From Felis catus (lineage: Eukaryota): a stretch of DNA of 64,000 nt. The position numbers and the translations under genes are program-made. This document shows positions 1 through 11,952 of this stretch, piece by piece. The DNA lies in contig NC_058368.1 of NCBI RefSeq assembly GCF_018350175.1, forward strand, positions 202,494,001-202,558,000. Direction: 5' to 3'. How positions within the stretch are numbered: the first letter of the stretch is position 1; each line of letters starts with the position of its first letter. The notes below the pieces were generated by a model. It saw nothing but the letters and a program-made list of their open reading frames with translations, was not told the DNA's origin and made no database searches.

Positions 1-571
1 AGAAGTTTTTCCTAGTTACAAAGGAAAGACATGTTTTAAAACCTCTCCTGAGACCTCAGTTTTCTCATGTGAATAATCAGGGATTGGACTAGGTGGTCTC
101 CATTGTCTATTCCAACTTCAGATAACATCAAGGTGTTCCAGTTTCCCAGAATAATTCTTGGCACCCTATGCTCAATAAATAATAGATTGGATGAATGAAT
201 GGCTTATTACACTGCCTTCATTCGCTTCACTAAATGAGATGCAGTAGCTGTGTAGGTAGAGTAACTACAAGGGTAGCCGTGAGAAAGCAATACTATGGAG
301 GGAATGTTTGAAGGACATTAATGATTTTCTCATTCTGTGCTTACACATGAAGGTTGGGCTTCTGGAAATTTGCTAAGAGTTGCTTGGTCATCTATTGTGT
401 GCTGCTTGGTCATCTATTGAGTTTCACCCTCTTTTTACTGTAAAACTGTGATATATATAGCAGATGATTGACCTTGGTATAATAATGAGGCAGGTATGTC
501 TTGTTTGATTCCCTGTCTTAGTTTACTCCTTTAAAGTTCTCTGTATGTGTCTTCTACTACCAGTGAGATCT

Positions 572-1835
572 TTTTTAAAACTTTTTATTATGAAATAATT
601 TTAGATTTACAGAAAAGCTGTAAAGATAGTAGGTAGAGTTCCTATATACCTTTCACCCAAATTCCCTAATGTTAGTATTTTACATAACGATGGTACATTT
701 ATCAAAACTAAGAAGTTAGTTTTGGTATATTGTGTATGTGTATTACACTATGAACTAAACTACAGACTTTCTTAGGTATCACCAGTTTTTCCGTTCCTGT
801 CCTCTCCATATTATTATGCCCTCCAGGATACCACATCACATTTAGCCATCATGTCTCCTTGGAGATATCTGATGCTCTTCAGTCTTTTCTTATTTTCCGT
901 GACCTTGACACTTTGAAGGATACTGATCACCTATTTAGTAGAATTTTTTCCTGAAGTTTTCTCATGGTTATACTTGAATTATGGCTTTTTCCAAGGAAGA
1001 ATATTACTGAGGTGAAGTGCCCTTTTCATCACATCTTATCAGGGTACATGACATCAACGTGACTTGTCACTGGTGATGTTGACCTTGATTACTTGATTAA
1101 GGTGGTATTTGCCCGGTTTCTATACTGTAAAGTCACTATTTTCCCTTTCTGTATTCTATTTATGAGAAATAAGGCACTAAGTACAGCCCATACTCAAGGG
1201 GAAGGAAATTACTCTCCACCACCTGGAGGAAGCAGTATCAAAGAGTCTGTGGACATGGGTCAAAATCACTAAGTATTAAGTATTTGGGGGAGGGTACTTT
1301 AAGCTATGTGACTATCCTGCTCACCTTTAGAGCTTGGTTTACTCATACGAGTCTTCAGTGGAACTTGGCTGCAACAAATATTACAGTGGTATTTGAATAG
1401 TGCTTTTTCTATTCCATTTCTTCTGCATTTATTGAAGTTTTTCTCTGAAGAAAAATTTCCCCTTCTCTACTTATTTATTTAACCATTCATTTATATCACT
1501 GTAGACTCATGAATATTTTGTGTCTTGGGTTTTCATCCAGTACTGTTGTTTATTTTGTTGCTCAACTTATTTTGGCTGTAGTCAACTCCTTGGGGTTGGC
1601 TCCTGTGTCTTTTGGACCAAAGATACCTTTTTTTTCCCTAGCGTTACTTTTTGGCACCCCATGATGCTCCAGATTCATCTTATGTTTTCCTTATATTTGC
1701 GCTTGAATCTGCAGTTTCTTCAGGGAGCCATAGCCTGTTCTTAGTGGAGTATTGTGTAGAAATTAGGATCTGAGCACCAGGGGCTCACTGCTGCCAAGGT
1801 ATCACTGCTTTTAGGCCCTCGCAGCAGACAGACAG
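572..1835 (-). mobile_element. Old LINE-1 3' end fragment (L1MC3/4/5-like)
   Basis: Begins with a T-rich tail 'ttttattatgaaataattttagatttacagaaaag' and contains 'aactaaactacagact', 'ccaggataccacat' and 'taggccctcgcagcagacag', recalled as L1MC 3' UTR motifs in reverse orientation. Confidence 0.75.
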
Positions 1836-2059
1836 TGGGAGGAGTTTTACTCCAGGTTAGTGTCTATATATGGAAACACTTCTTAGGAGCTTGGTTTCCA
1901 CTTTTTCTCCTTACTTTTGTTACTCCAAGACTTTCAGATAACTGATTATTAGACTTTCCACTTTTTCTTAGTAATTAAGTGTTAGCATAATTGATTTTAA
2001 AGTACCAGTGTAAGCTTCCACAAGTACCTAAATTTTAAGGGCTCCCCAAGTTTCACCCT

Positions 2060-2330
2060 AAATCCCTTTTCTGACTTTCAGACTCATATGTCCAACTCCT
2101 TGCTGAATGTTCCCACTTCAAAAATCTGTGTAGTACATCAAATTTAGTATGTTAAAAAGTGCACTCTTCACATGATCCTTCTGCTTTTTATATATCTCAG
2201 CAGCCACACCACCCACCTAGTCATTTAAGTTAAGACTCTCCATCAGCTCACCCATCCAATCAATGACTAAGTCCTGCTGATTTTGCTTTCTAAATATAAT
2301 CAATGTTCTTTCCTTTCCTTTCCTTCTAAT
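2060..2330 (+). mobile_element. L2 LINE fragment
   Basis: 'cagactcatatgtccaactcct' and 'catccaatcaatgactaagtcctgctgatttt' resemble the L2 3' region; highly diverged, ends approximate. Confidence 0.5.
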
Positions 2331-2844
2331 CTTGTTCTAGTCAGAAGTTCTAAGTGTGAATGTACATTTTTCAGTTTTTTCAAAATTTTGTTTAGGTCTT
2401 GACAAGTATTTTCCACATTTCACTCCTATTGCACGTTTTGCCACTATGAATATACCAACTTTTTTCAGTGGTGTCTTTGTTGCAGGCAATTGCTGAGTAT
2501 GTAGGACATATTTGGTGACTGACTAGAGTCAGTGACATTTCTAGGTTTTTGATTGTGTATTGGAAGTACAGTTGTTTGATGTTTATGGTGATACAGTTAC
2601 TTTATTTTGTTAAAAAGATGAAGGAAAAGTGGAGTGAGCTGATACATTTTGATCAACCAAGTTTTTTTTTTACTTTACTGAGGGAACCAAAGAATGTCTT
2701 CTCGTTAACTTTTCTCTCTTCTTTTCCTGGATTTTCAGTGTAATGTAAAGATCATAGTGTTATTAAAGTAAAGGATTTTAATTTTTGTGGCATAGTTCCA
2801 ATATTACTGAACGTATCCCTTTGAAAATGTTCTTTAAACATCTG

Positions 2845-2970
2845 AGAGTCTCATCTGCAAAATAAAAATAATAAAATCTGACTCATAGGATTAATGTGAA
2901 GAATAAATGAGGTAAACTAAGCATAGAACCAAATCAATAAATGATAATCAGTTTTTATTATCATTATTAC
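2845..2970 (+). mobile_element. MIR SINE fragment
   Basis: MIR core 'ctcatctgcaaaataaaaataataa...tcataggattaatgtgaagaataaatgag' followed by a tail-like 'ttattatcattatt'. Confidence 0.6.
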
Positions 2971-3062
2971 TCTTAATTTAATATTTTGTTCACTTGGGCA
3001 TAGTCTCAATGCTTAGAATTAATGCAAACTACTCTCTAATCAAGAGATAGGTGGGTAGACAG

Positions 3063-3068
<6 letters not shown>

Positions 3069-3102
<34 letters not shown>
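3069..3102. repeat. (TA)n microsatellite
   Basis: Direct reading: about 17 TA units, with degenerate TA-rich flank to ~3136. Confidence 0.95.
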
Positions 3103-3110
<8 letters not shown>

Positions 3111-5389
3111 TATATGTAATTCATTATATATATATAGTTTACTGCAACTATATGATAGCATATATAAATGAAGGAAATGCATCATCTTCTAGAGTAGAAA
3201 TGAAAATACAGAGTTCCTTTTGATCTGCAAAGCAAGATAGTGAAGATGGGACATTTGGAAATGGTAGGTTGGGTTAATAGAGGAGTCCTGATTATCAGTG
3301 ATGAGTATTACATGAATGACAGGTGCCTATTGTTACAAACAGCCTTAGCCATAGGGGAGAAAATAGGACCTGGAATGCCATGAGTACATCATTTTCCTCT
3401 ACCTGCTATACTTGACAAGAGAAAACCTGAACTCAAACAGCTAAATTTTTAAAATGTGTTGCTTAACTTATTTTATCATGATAACCATTTTTTTCTTACA
3501 CTTAAATTTGCCATGCCCATAGACTGTAGGTTATTTACAATACCCTAGATCATACTTGAGAACATTTCTGCCACAAAGGGCAAAACATACTAATTTGGTG
3601 GTGACTATTGATATACATTATTTTTCTTTTACTAAGGAATTTTAAATTGAAATAAATTACATCAAATGGTAGACTCCTTCCCTCACCATTATTTGTTTTC
3701 CTAAATAATTTACTTGAAAATAATCATTAGGGATAGCTGCCAATCGATGATAGCCTAAAATGAAAATACGCATCTCTCAACATTTTATTTCTCTTTGTTT
3801 TTCTGGAACATACCCAGTGCATAAAGCTAAGTACCCCTCTGTCATCCAAGGTCATTTTCATTTAGCCGTTTGAAAACAGAATGGGGCAAAGGTGATATAA
3901 TAAAGAGAAATGGCTATTATACTTGTCAGTAACGTTAATCAGAGCCCATTGGATTCGAAACATACACCTTCTGCTTTCAGGGTTCATCAGTGTAGGAAAA
4001 TTAAATAAATATACACACAAACAAAAAGAAGTATAAGAACACAAAATAATATGATCTGATATAAATTGTTAGAGTTATACACATTTAAGTCTCCAGAAAC
4101 AACTATTTACTTTGTATTACATAATATTTAGGATTATATAAAAATGCAGTTATCTTTCAAAATGAGAAAATTAAAATGATTTAGATATTAATAAATATGT
4201 TTTGACTCCAGTTATGACTATGCTATCCTTTAAACTATGCACAGGAAATGGACATTGTTATAATACACAATTTGTCTTCAAGAGGCTTATAACCCATTGA
4301 GTCAGAAACTTAGAATTATATCATTCACAAGCTAAAACGTAATGAATGGTACAGATAACAGTTGCCATTAAAGGTTGGAAGTCAATCACAGATGATTTTC
4401 TGGAGGAGTTAGGCCTTGATCTGCTACTTGAAAATAGAAACACAATCTAGGCAAGAAGGAAGAGACTGATGAAAATAAATCAAGCCACTAGAAATAACAT
4501 ATAGGCAACATAAATATTTATAGGCAGAACTTCAGGTCCATAATTTTTCTCAACTTCATAAAGCGGTCTAATTCCCTTTAAAAGTTGAAAACCTCTACTC
4601 TATATTCAGAACTTTCTCCCATAGATACTTTTCCATAAGGTTAATCTGCCTAAACTTGACTGTCTAAGTTATTGCACGTTTTATATTAAATTGGAAAACT
4701 TTTTACTAAAGTTGTCTTCCTAGACTACCAAACAGTTAACTGAATTTTTAAAAGGGAGAACCATATTTGAATATGTGTGTTACATATATTCATCCTCTAT
4801 GGTGTGATACTGGAATGGTACAACATGTAAATCCTAGAATTATTTATGGTTCTTATTTTTAAAAATAAGTAAGCTTGAAATGAATGAAACTAATCAATAT
4901 TTATTATATTATTAGGAACTTAATGGACAAGACTTAAATTTCAGTGATGACACTAAGGTCATATACTTCAAAACACTTATATTTTTAATCATCTTTTACA
5001 AGTTATATTTTATTATCATTAAAAGAGTCTGAAACATAGCCAAGTTTTTTTTTTTTTAAGAGAAATGCTTCTTAGGTGGTTCTCGAAAATAATCTTAAAG
5101 AATACTGTAATTATCCTTAATTTTATAGTAATTGTGTTGTGGACACATACCTTCTCTCTGTCTGAAAGTAATTTGTTTATTATAAAACAAAGTAGGTGTT
5201 CAATTAAAAAAATATGTTAAGATTTTACCTATTTATCTAGAATTCTCTTCATTCTCTATTAAGTTCTTAAGCTAATCATAGTATACAAGATACAAGTCAA
5301 TGTATTAATTAATGAAAATTATATTATTAAATCTAGTAACAAGAAAGCCTTAAGAAAAATATTGCATCCTTAGAAGTTTGGAGTTAGAA

Positions 5390-5427
5390 TGTGAGTGTGT
5401 GTGTGTGCGTGTGTGTGTGTGTGTGTG
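5390..5427. repeat. (GT)n microsatellite, imperfect
   Basis: Direct reading. Confidence 0.95.
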
Positions 5428-5958
5428 AAATAGAGTTGGATAAAATTGAGATGGATTTTAATTCATCTCATAATAAAAATTCAACATATATTTCAATACC
5501 AAGTTTATTTTTAAGCTTTTGATTCCATTCTTGCTGGATGCACAGTTATATTGCTATGCAGATACATGATTTTATATTTTTACAGATAGTTTCATAGGGA
5601 GATAATTACTTCAGTGTCCCTCATCCTATAGTTTTTTTTCATTCTCAGTGTTATTTGCTGCCCAAATGTAAAATCCATAAGAAAAAAAGTTCATATTAAA
5701 GAGACACTAAACACTTGAAATGACATTTATATTTGAGAGTCAGTCACAGCTCTTTTTAAAATATGTTCTCTATAGCACTGTCAAATCCTTAAACACAAGC
5801 CTTATTCTCCCGTTTTCTTACTTAACTCTTTTCATGACTCCCAATCTTCTGTAGAATGAAATTCTGACCTGTAAGCATCATATATAAGACCTTTCTTGAT
5901 CTTATCTCAATTTACCCTGGAAGCAACTTTGGCTGCCACCTCATATGCCAAAGTCTTT

Positions 5959-5984
5959 TTTTTTTTTAAGCTTTGTTTATTTAC

Positions 5985-6036
<52 letters not shown>

Positions 6037-6196
6037 TGACAGCAGGGGAGGGGCAGAGAGAGAGAGAGAGAGAGAATCCCAAGCAGACACTGTCAGTGCA
6101 GAGCCGGATGTGGTGCTCGAACTCACCAACCGCAAGATCATAACCTGAGCTGAAATCGAGTCAGACGCTTCATGGAATGAGCCACCCAGGCACCCC
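5959..6196 (-). mobile_element. Can-SINE (SINEC_Fc2-like)
   Basis: Reverse strand reads ggggtgcctgggtggctc..., B-box gttcgagc, (CT)n tract and A-tail. TSD atgccaaag(t/a)cttt at 5945-5958 and 6197-6210. Confidence 0.95.
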
Positions 6197-6534
6197 ATGC
6201 CAAAGACTTTTTATCCCAGCTTCACAGTTACCCTTCTTTCTCAAAGGAGCTGTTGGCATTTCAAGTAGCTTACCCCTTGCAAAGTTTCACAGCCCCCCTC
6301 AGGCAGAGGCAGTAGGCTCTTCCTCTTGCTCCTTCCTCCTTAGAATACTACAGCAGCGCAATTAAATGTGTATCATGGGCATCTTTTCATATTTGTCCTA
6401 AAGCTACCTAAATATTTTAAATAAGGGCACAGAATCTTACTCTGTTCTATGCGATATAGTTAACTATTTCCTAACAGATGGGCATATAGATTGATTCCAA
6501 TTCATTGCTGCTGGAAACGATGATACAGAAAGTG

Positions 6535-6838
6535 CAGTTGACTCTTGAACAGCACAGGTTTGAACTGGGTTGGTTTATTGGATAAATATAGAACAGTACT
6601 GTAAGTGCATTTTCTCTTATGATTTTCTTTTTTCTAGCTTACTTTATTGTAACAATGCAGTATATAACGTATATAATATGCAAAATATATGTCATTTGTT
6701 TATGTTAATGGTAAGGCTTCAGATCAACAGTAGACTATTAGTAATTAAGTTTTAGGAGGAGTCAAAGTTATAAGTAGATTTTCAACTGTATGGGGGGTGA
6801 TCAGTGTCTCTGACCCCACATTGCTCCTGTGTGAACGG
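6535..6838 (+). mobile_element. Tigger2-type non-autonomous DNA transposon (Tigger2a_Car-like)
   Basis: 5' TIR 'cagttgactcttgaacagcacaggtttgaactg', internal 'ctagcttactttattgtaa' and 'tcaacagtagactattagtaattaagttt', degenerate 3' TIR followed by TA at 6839-6840. Confidence 0.85.
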
Positions 6839-7839
6839 TATTCTCATACACAGCTCAGTGATCAGTTCTACAATTATTTTTATATAACAAGTTCTAGGAA
6901 AAGAATTACTGACTTCAAAATATTCATGTTTTTATTTTAAAGACACAGCATTAACATGAGGTATTAAAACATTAAGTATTTGATTATACTTGCAAATAAA
7001 TAGAGGCAACCATTTAATTTCAAGCATCTATAAATGTCAAATACCTGTTTCAAATATATGCCAACTATGAGACAAATATTTGCCTTGCTTTATGGCCTAT
7101 TTGATTAGATTATATGCTTACACAGTGAGATAGCATGCTCTTTTTTTTTTCAGTAGCTTTTGATAAGTCTTAAAAATAAAAAAGTTACAATGTTAACGGT
7201 CATTTTTAATTTCTGTGAAAACACAGCAGAAAATACATCAGAAAATATAGTAAAAAAATCACGTTTTGTATATTTGCTGAGGCATGGCTAACTCCTCTTA
7301 CTTCTCTGTCCAACCCAACCAGCAAAATAGTGGTGTTTGGTAAATTGTAATTAAAGTAAATTACTGTTTAGATGCAGAGTTTGGGTAATGTGTTAATTGT
7401 AAAGCAAAATCCGCCCCCCCCCCCCCACACTTTGACCATATTTGTGAATTAGGTATGAAAATCATCATCTGGTATTTTGAAGTTGTGTCTTTAGATTTAT
7501 TGTTATAGTTCTTTCGATGATTCTGTAACTGTCTTATCTGAGAAGAGTGTCTAGTTTTTAGCATTAAAGCATTCATTAGCTCAAGTATATCATTTTTAAA
7601 AAGTTTGATATATTTAACTTCTATGGCCATATGACATTCAATTTCTGTCCTTTTATTATTAATACATTTTGAAGGATCATTTATCTGCAGACCACAGAGC
7701 AGTAGTTAATAGATGTTTTGTCACCTATGCGACTGGTTCCTTAATTTCTTACATCGTCACTATTTATTGATAGGACCTTTTTAGTGTGTCAAAAGCATAG
7801 ACTTTCTTTAACGTTCCTAACTCGAAAGTTTAGTGGTGA

Positions 7840-8180
7840 CATTGCTAGCAAATGGTTAAGCTTGTGTAATTGCCACCTCGTCTACCTATCTTGGCATCTT
7901 GGTCTGCTACCCACTAGCCATATCACTTTAGACATAGTCAACTTGCCTGTCTCCTCTGGATAACCACAAAATGGGAACAGGGGTCTTTTCCTCATTCTGT
8001 TGTTATAAAGATTAAAGAAGAACAGAAAGGTGGGAAGGAGGGAGGGAGGAAGGGAGGGAGGGAGGGAGGAAGGAAGGAAGGAAGGGGGGAAGGAAGGGGG
8101 GAAGGAGGGAAGGAAAGAAAGAAAGAAAGAAGTTAGGCTAAATCTCTTAGCGATATGTTTGCAGTTGGGTTGTTTATAAA
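7840..8180 (+). mobile_element. MIR SINE interrupted by a purine-rich repeat
   Basis: 'tctgctacccactagccatatcactttagacatagtcaactt', 'aaaatgggaaca' and 'gttgttataaagattaaa' match the MIR core; resumes weakly after 8130. Confidence 0.5.
8015..8130. repeat. Polypurine (GGGA/GGAA/GAAA)n low-complexity tract
   Basis: Direct reading. Confidence 0.9.
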
Positions 8181-8345
8181 ATTCCACTTGTCATTCCTTT
8201 GATTCTGTATATAAATTATATAAAATCACTCCCTTTGAGTTTTGAATTCATTTCAGTAATTTTGTGAACAATTATTTTAGATATCATTGTTCATAAAGAA
8301 AGTTTTAAGTGACTCAGTAGTTCCCATCCAATTAGAAAAAAAAAC

Positions 8346-8549
8346 TTTTTTTTAATATTTATTTATTGTCAAGAGACAGAGAGAGACAAGGCACGAGCAG
8401 GGGAGGGGCGGAGAGAGGGAGACACAGAATCCAAAGCAAGCTGTAGGCTCTGAGCTGTCAGCACTGAGCCTGATTCAAACCTACCAACTGTGAGATAGTG
8501 ACCTGAGCTGAAGTCAGACACTTAACTGACTGTGTCACCCAGGTGCCCT
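8346..8549 (-). mobile_element. Can-SINE (SINEC_Fc)
   Basis: 'gagacacagaatcc...gagctgtcagcactgagcc...caggtgccc'. Degenerate TSD starting 'tcagtagttc' at 8314 and 8551. Confidence 0.95.
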
Positions 8550-10673
8550 GTCAGTAGTTCGCATTCAAAATTAAATATTTGTCTTCCATTATTTGTTACG
8601 AGTACTCAGTAGCTGTTAATGAATCAATTGGAAAAAAGCAAAACACCTTAATTGTTATATATACTTGCTTTTCTTTTTCCCTCAATGTATTGACTCATTT
8701 ATTCAGAAACATAAAAATGAAGTGACTATTTAGTCATAATCTAAATTATCTGAGATGCCAAAAAACAAAGAAATAACTTAAAAGCTTAATATATTTGTGA
8801 TTAAAATAATATATTTTTGTCATGAAAGAAACTGGAATGCTGTTTAGAAAAATACCTGACATTCAGTTACCCTCCTACTTATAGGATGGTTAAGGTTTTT
8901 CACTGTCCATCTGGAATTAAAAATTGTCTTGACACAAATGCTTTTTAAGCTGTTGGAGCTGGTCTTGCTTGGTTTTTGTATGTGATAGTTTTCAAACTTG
9001 TTGCAATAGAAAAGTACAGTAAGGGAACTAGCTAAGGGGAAAGAAATTGCTCTGAAATATTTGCTTTAAGAGTCTAAAACAAATCTTTTACAAAAACTGA
9101 GGAATAAAGAACACACTGTACTTAAAACTCAGAGTGGGCAGGGAGCCTATTTTTATTAGCATCAATGCATAGCATTCAGGTGGAACACAATAGGCTTCTA
9201 ATAAAAGTGAGGTGTATAGAAGAAAATAATCACAGGGTATATGTGGTGATGGGGGTTAGGGTGGCAAAATTGGTCTTCATCGTCATATTGCAAATTAGCT
9301 GTTGAATACATACTGTTGATACAAAATATTAGCACAAAAGATCTGAAATTTAAAAAAAATAATATTGAAACCTCAAAGAAGGGTTGTTACATCCAAAAAA
9401 CAAAAAACCCATAAAAAATAAAAACCCTCCTCTCTTTAAAAAAGAGCCTCCTCTCTTTAAAAAAACTTAATTATATAAGATTTTCTTCATCATTTTTTAA
9501 AAGCTGTGTGTAGATGGAATCCTTATCGACACACTTATTACTGTCCACAACGACGTAAAAATCCTATCTGATTGGCCACGTAATGGAGAGATGAGACTGG
9601 TCGCTATGACTGTGCTGTCTCTGAAAGCACTTACCTGGAATCATTCAGAAATGATGGCATTAGATGTTTTGTTTTTATTATCCGAATAGCAATCTTAATG
9701 ACCCACTTTCCCTGGAATGTGGAGAAATTGCCCAAGAGTGATTTTTGGAAAATGAAGAAAAAACTATTCAATAGCAAACATGATATTTTATTGCAGTGAT
9801 CAAAAAGAAAACCAGAAACTATGCCTTTTTAAAAAAAAAAATGCTTGGCTCTGTAGCTTTAAGTCGTAACTAATATGGAAAGTTTGTCATAAAACTAGTC
9901 ATATTTTTAAAATCCATATTGGCAATGTTTTAAGTAACTGGCAAGATTTCATTTTGCTTTATGCTATTCCTTCAGGCATGGCACTCCACTATTGATCACC
10001 ACCTAATGGTTTTGCTGGCACTAGAGATTTTGTGGGCAAGGCTTCAGGCTATAAATTGCATACAGGAAACCATACATGTTTTTCTTTCATAACAATTCCA
10101 TCATTTAATACTATATTTAGAGTCCATTTTAAGTATTCTATAAAGAGAGCATGAAATAATTATTAAATGAAAAAATTACCTAGAAGATGCTGTTGTCACC
10201 TACTTTATCCAATATTCCTCTAAGAATTCATCTGTAAGATGCTAGAATATACTTTTAACAGCCTTCCCAGGCCAAATTGTCTTGTTCATATTTATCACTG
10301 TATAGCATTTATGATTTTTTTTACATTCTTTATTCAGAAAAGTGCTGGAAACAATTTGGCAATTATTCTAGCCATTAGAATATCTATGAGCCATATAAAT
10401 CTTGTAGTTTATGCTTGAGTGAATATCTTAACAAACAAATGAGAATTTGTTGGAAAATTTATTTTTGGCAATACTAAAGCCAGGAATAGATTCAGAATAT
10501 ATCAGGTATTACTATATGCATATGAGCATCATCTATGATATTATAGGTTGTGTTTCTCTGCCTTCTTAAAATTCTGAAAAGTTAAAAGAAACATTATGCC
10601 ACTGTTGTTGACCTATGAAAAATAATTACTCGAGATACATTTAACTAACCATGCTTTCAAAATCCTACACTTT

Positions 10674-10836
10674 GGAGGCACCTGGGTGGCTCAGTAGGTT
10701 AAGGCCCCAATTTGGCTCAGGTCATGATCTCACGGCTGGTGAGTTCAGCCCCACATTGGGCTCTGTGGGCTGACAGCTCAGAGCCTGGAGCCTGCTTTGG
10801 ATTCTGTATCTCCCTCTCTCTCTGCCCTTTCCCTGC

Positions 10837-10893
<57 letters not shown>

Positions 10894-10908
10894 AATAAAT
10901 AAACATTA
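10674..10908 (+). mobile_element. Can-SINE (SINEC_Fc), host copy
   Basis: 'ggaggcacctgggtggctcag...caggtcatgatctc...(ct)n aaaaataaataaacatta'. Outer TSD aaaatcc(t)acacttt at 10659-10673 and 11141-11154. Confidence 0.95.
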
Positions 10909-11125
10909 GGGACACCTGGGTGGCTCAGTTGGTTAAGCGTCCAACTTTGGCTCAGGTCATGATCTCACTGTTCATGAGTTCAAGCCCCGTGTCGGGCTCT
11001 GTGCTGACAGCTCAACTTGGAGCCTGCCTCAGATTCTGTCTCTCCCTCTCTCTATGCCTCTCCCCTGCTTGCACTCTGTCTCCCTCTGTCTCTCAAAAAT
11101 AAATAAACATTAAAAAAATTGAAAA
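10909..11125 (+). mobile_element. Can-SINE (SINEC_Fc), inserted into the tail of the preceding SINE
   Basis: Full head-to-tail SINE flanked by aaataaacatta at 10897-10908 and 11126-11137. Confidence 0.95.
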
Positions 11126-11577
11126 AAATAAACATTAAAGAAAATCCACACTTTTCCATTTAACTGCTTGAATTGGACAGATATTTAATTAGTTCAGACT
11201 GTGTTAATATTACATAGGTACAGATTGTCTCTAAACAATAGAAAAAAAAGGCCTTAAACACACATCTACTTTCACTGATTGTTAATAAGAATAGAAATGA
11301 AATACGAATACAAAAATCCAAGCTTTTTGTGCCACTGTTCGACAGCAGTGTGCATGTGCATTTGCCAGCAATTTAATGAACACTCAGAGAGGGTGCTTCT
11401 CAGACACTTGGATCTGAAGAGAGCAAAGTTATAGATACATGTTCTATCTTAATAACAGGGGAAATAAAGAGAAACTCTGGCACTTTTTTTTCCCAGTCAG
11501 CAGTCACAAAAATGGATTCAATAACAAGCAGCCAGCTTCTTAACTATTTTAGGTAAATGGAAAGTGAGGAAGACACA

Positions 11578-11952
11578 TGTGTTAGTTTGCTAGGCCTATC
11601 ATAACAAAAGACCGTGGACTGGGTGCCTGAAACAACAGACATTTATTTTCTCACAGTTCTGAGGCTGGAAGTCCAAGATCAAGGTATAGGCAGGGGTGGT
11701 TTCTTCTCTCCTTGGCTTGCAGATGACCACCGTGCTGTGCCCTCACATGGTCTTTCTTCTGGTGTCTCTGTGTCCAAACTTCCACCTCTTCTAAAGATAC
11801 CAGTCATACTGGATCAGAGCCCACCCTAACAGTCTCATTTTAACTTAATTATCTTTTAAAAGACCTTCTCTCCAAATGCAGTTACCTTCTGAGGTACTCA
11901 GGGTTAGGACTTCAACATATGAATTTGGAGGGGCACAGTTGAGCCCGTAATG
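11578..11952 (-). mobile_element. MaLR solo LTR (MLT1B-like)
   Basis: 'tgtgttagtttgctagg', 'atttattttctcacagttctgaggctggaagtccaagatcaagg' and 'gggttaggacttcaacatatgaattt' are the reverse complement of the recalled MLT1B consensus. Confidence 0.9.
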
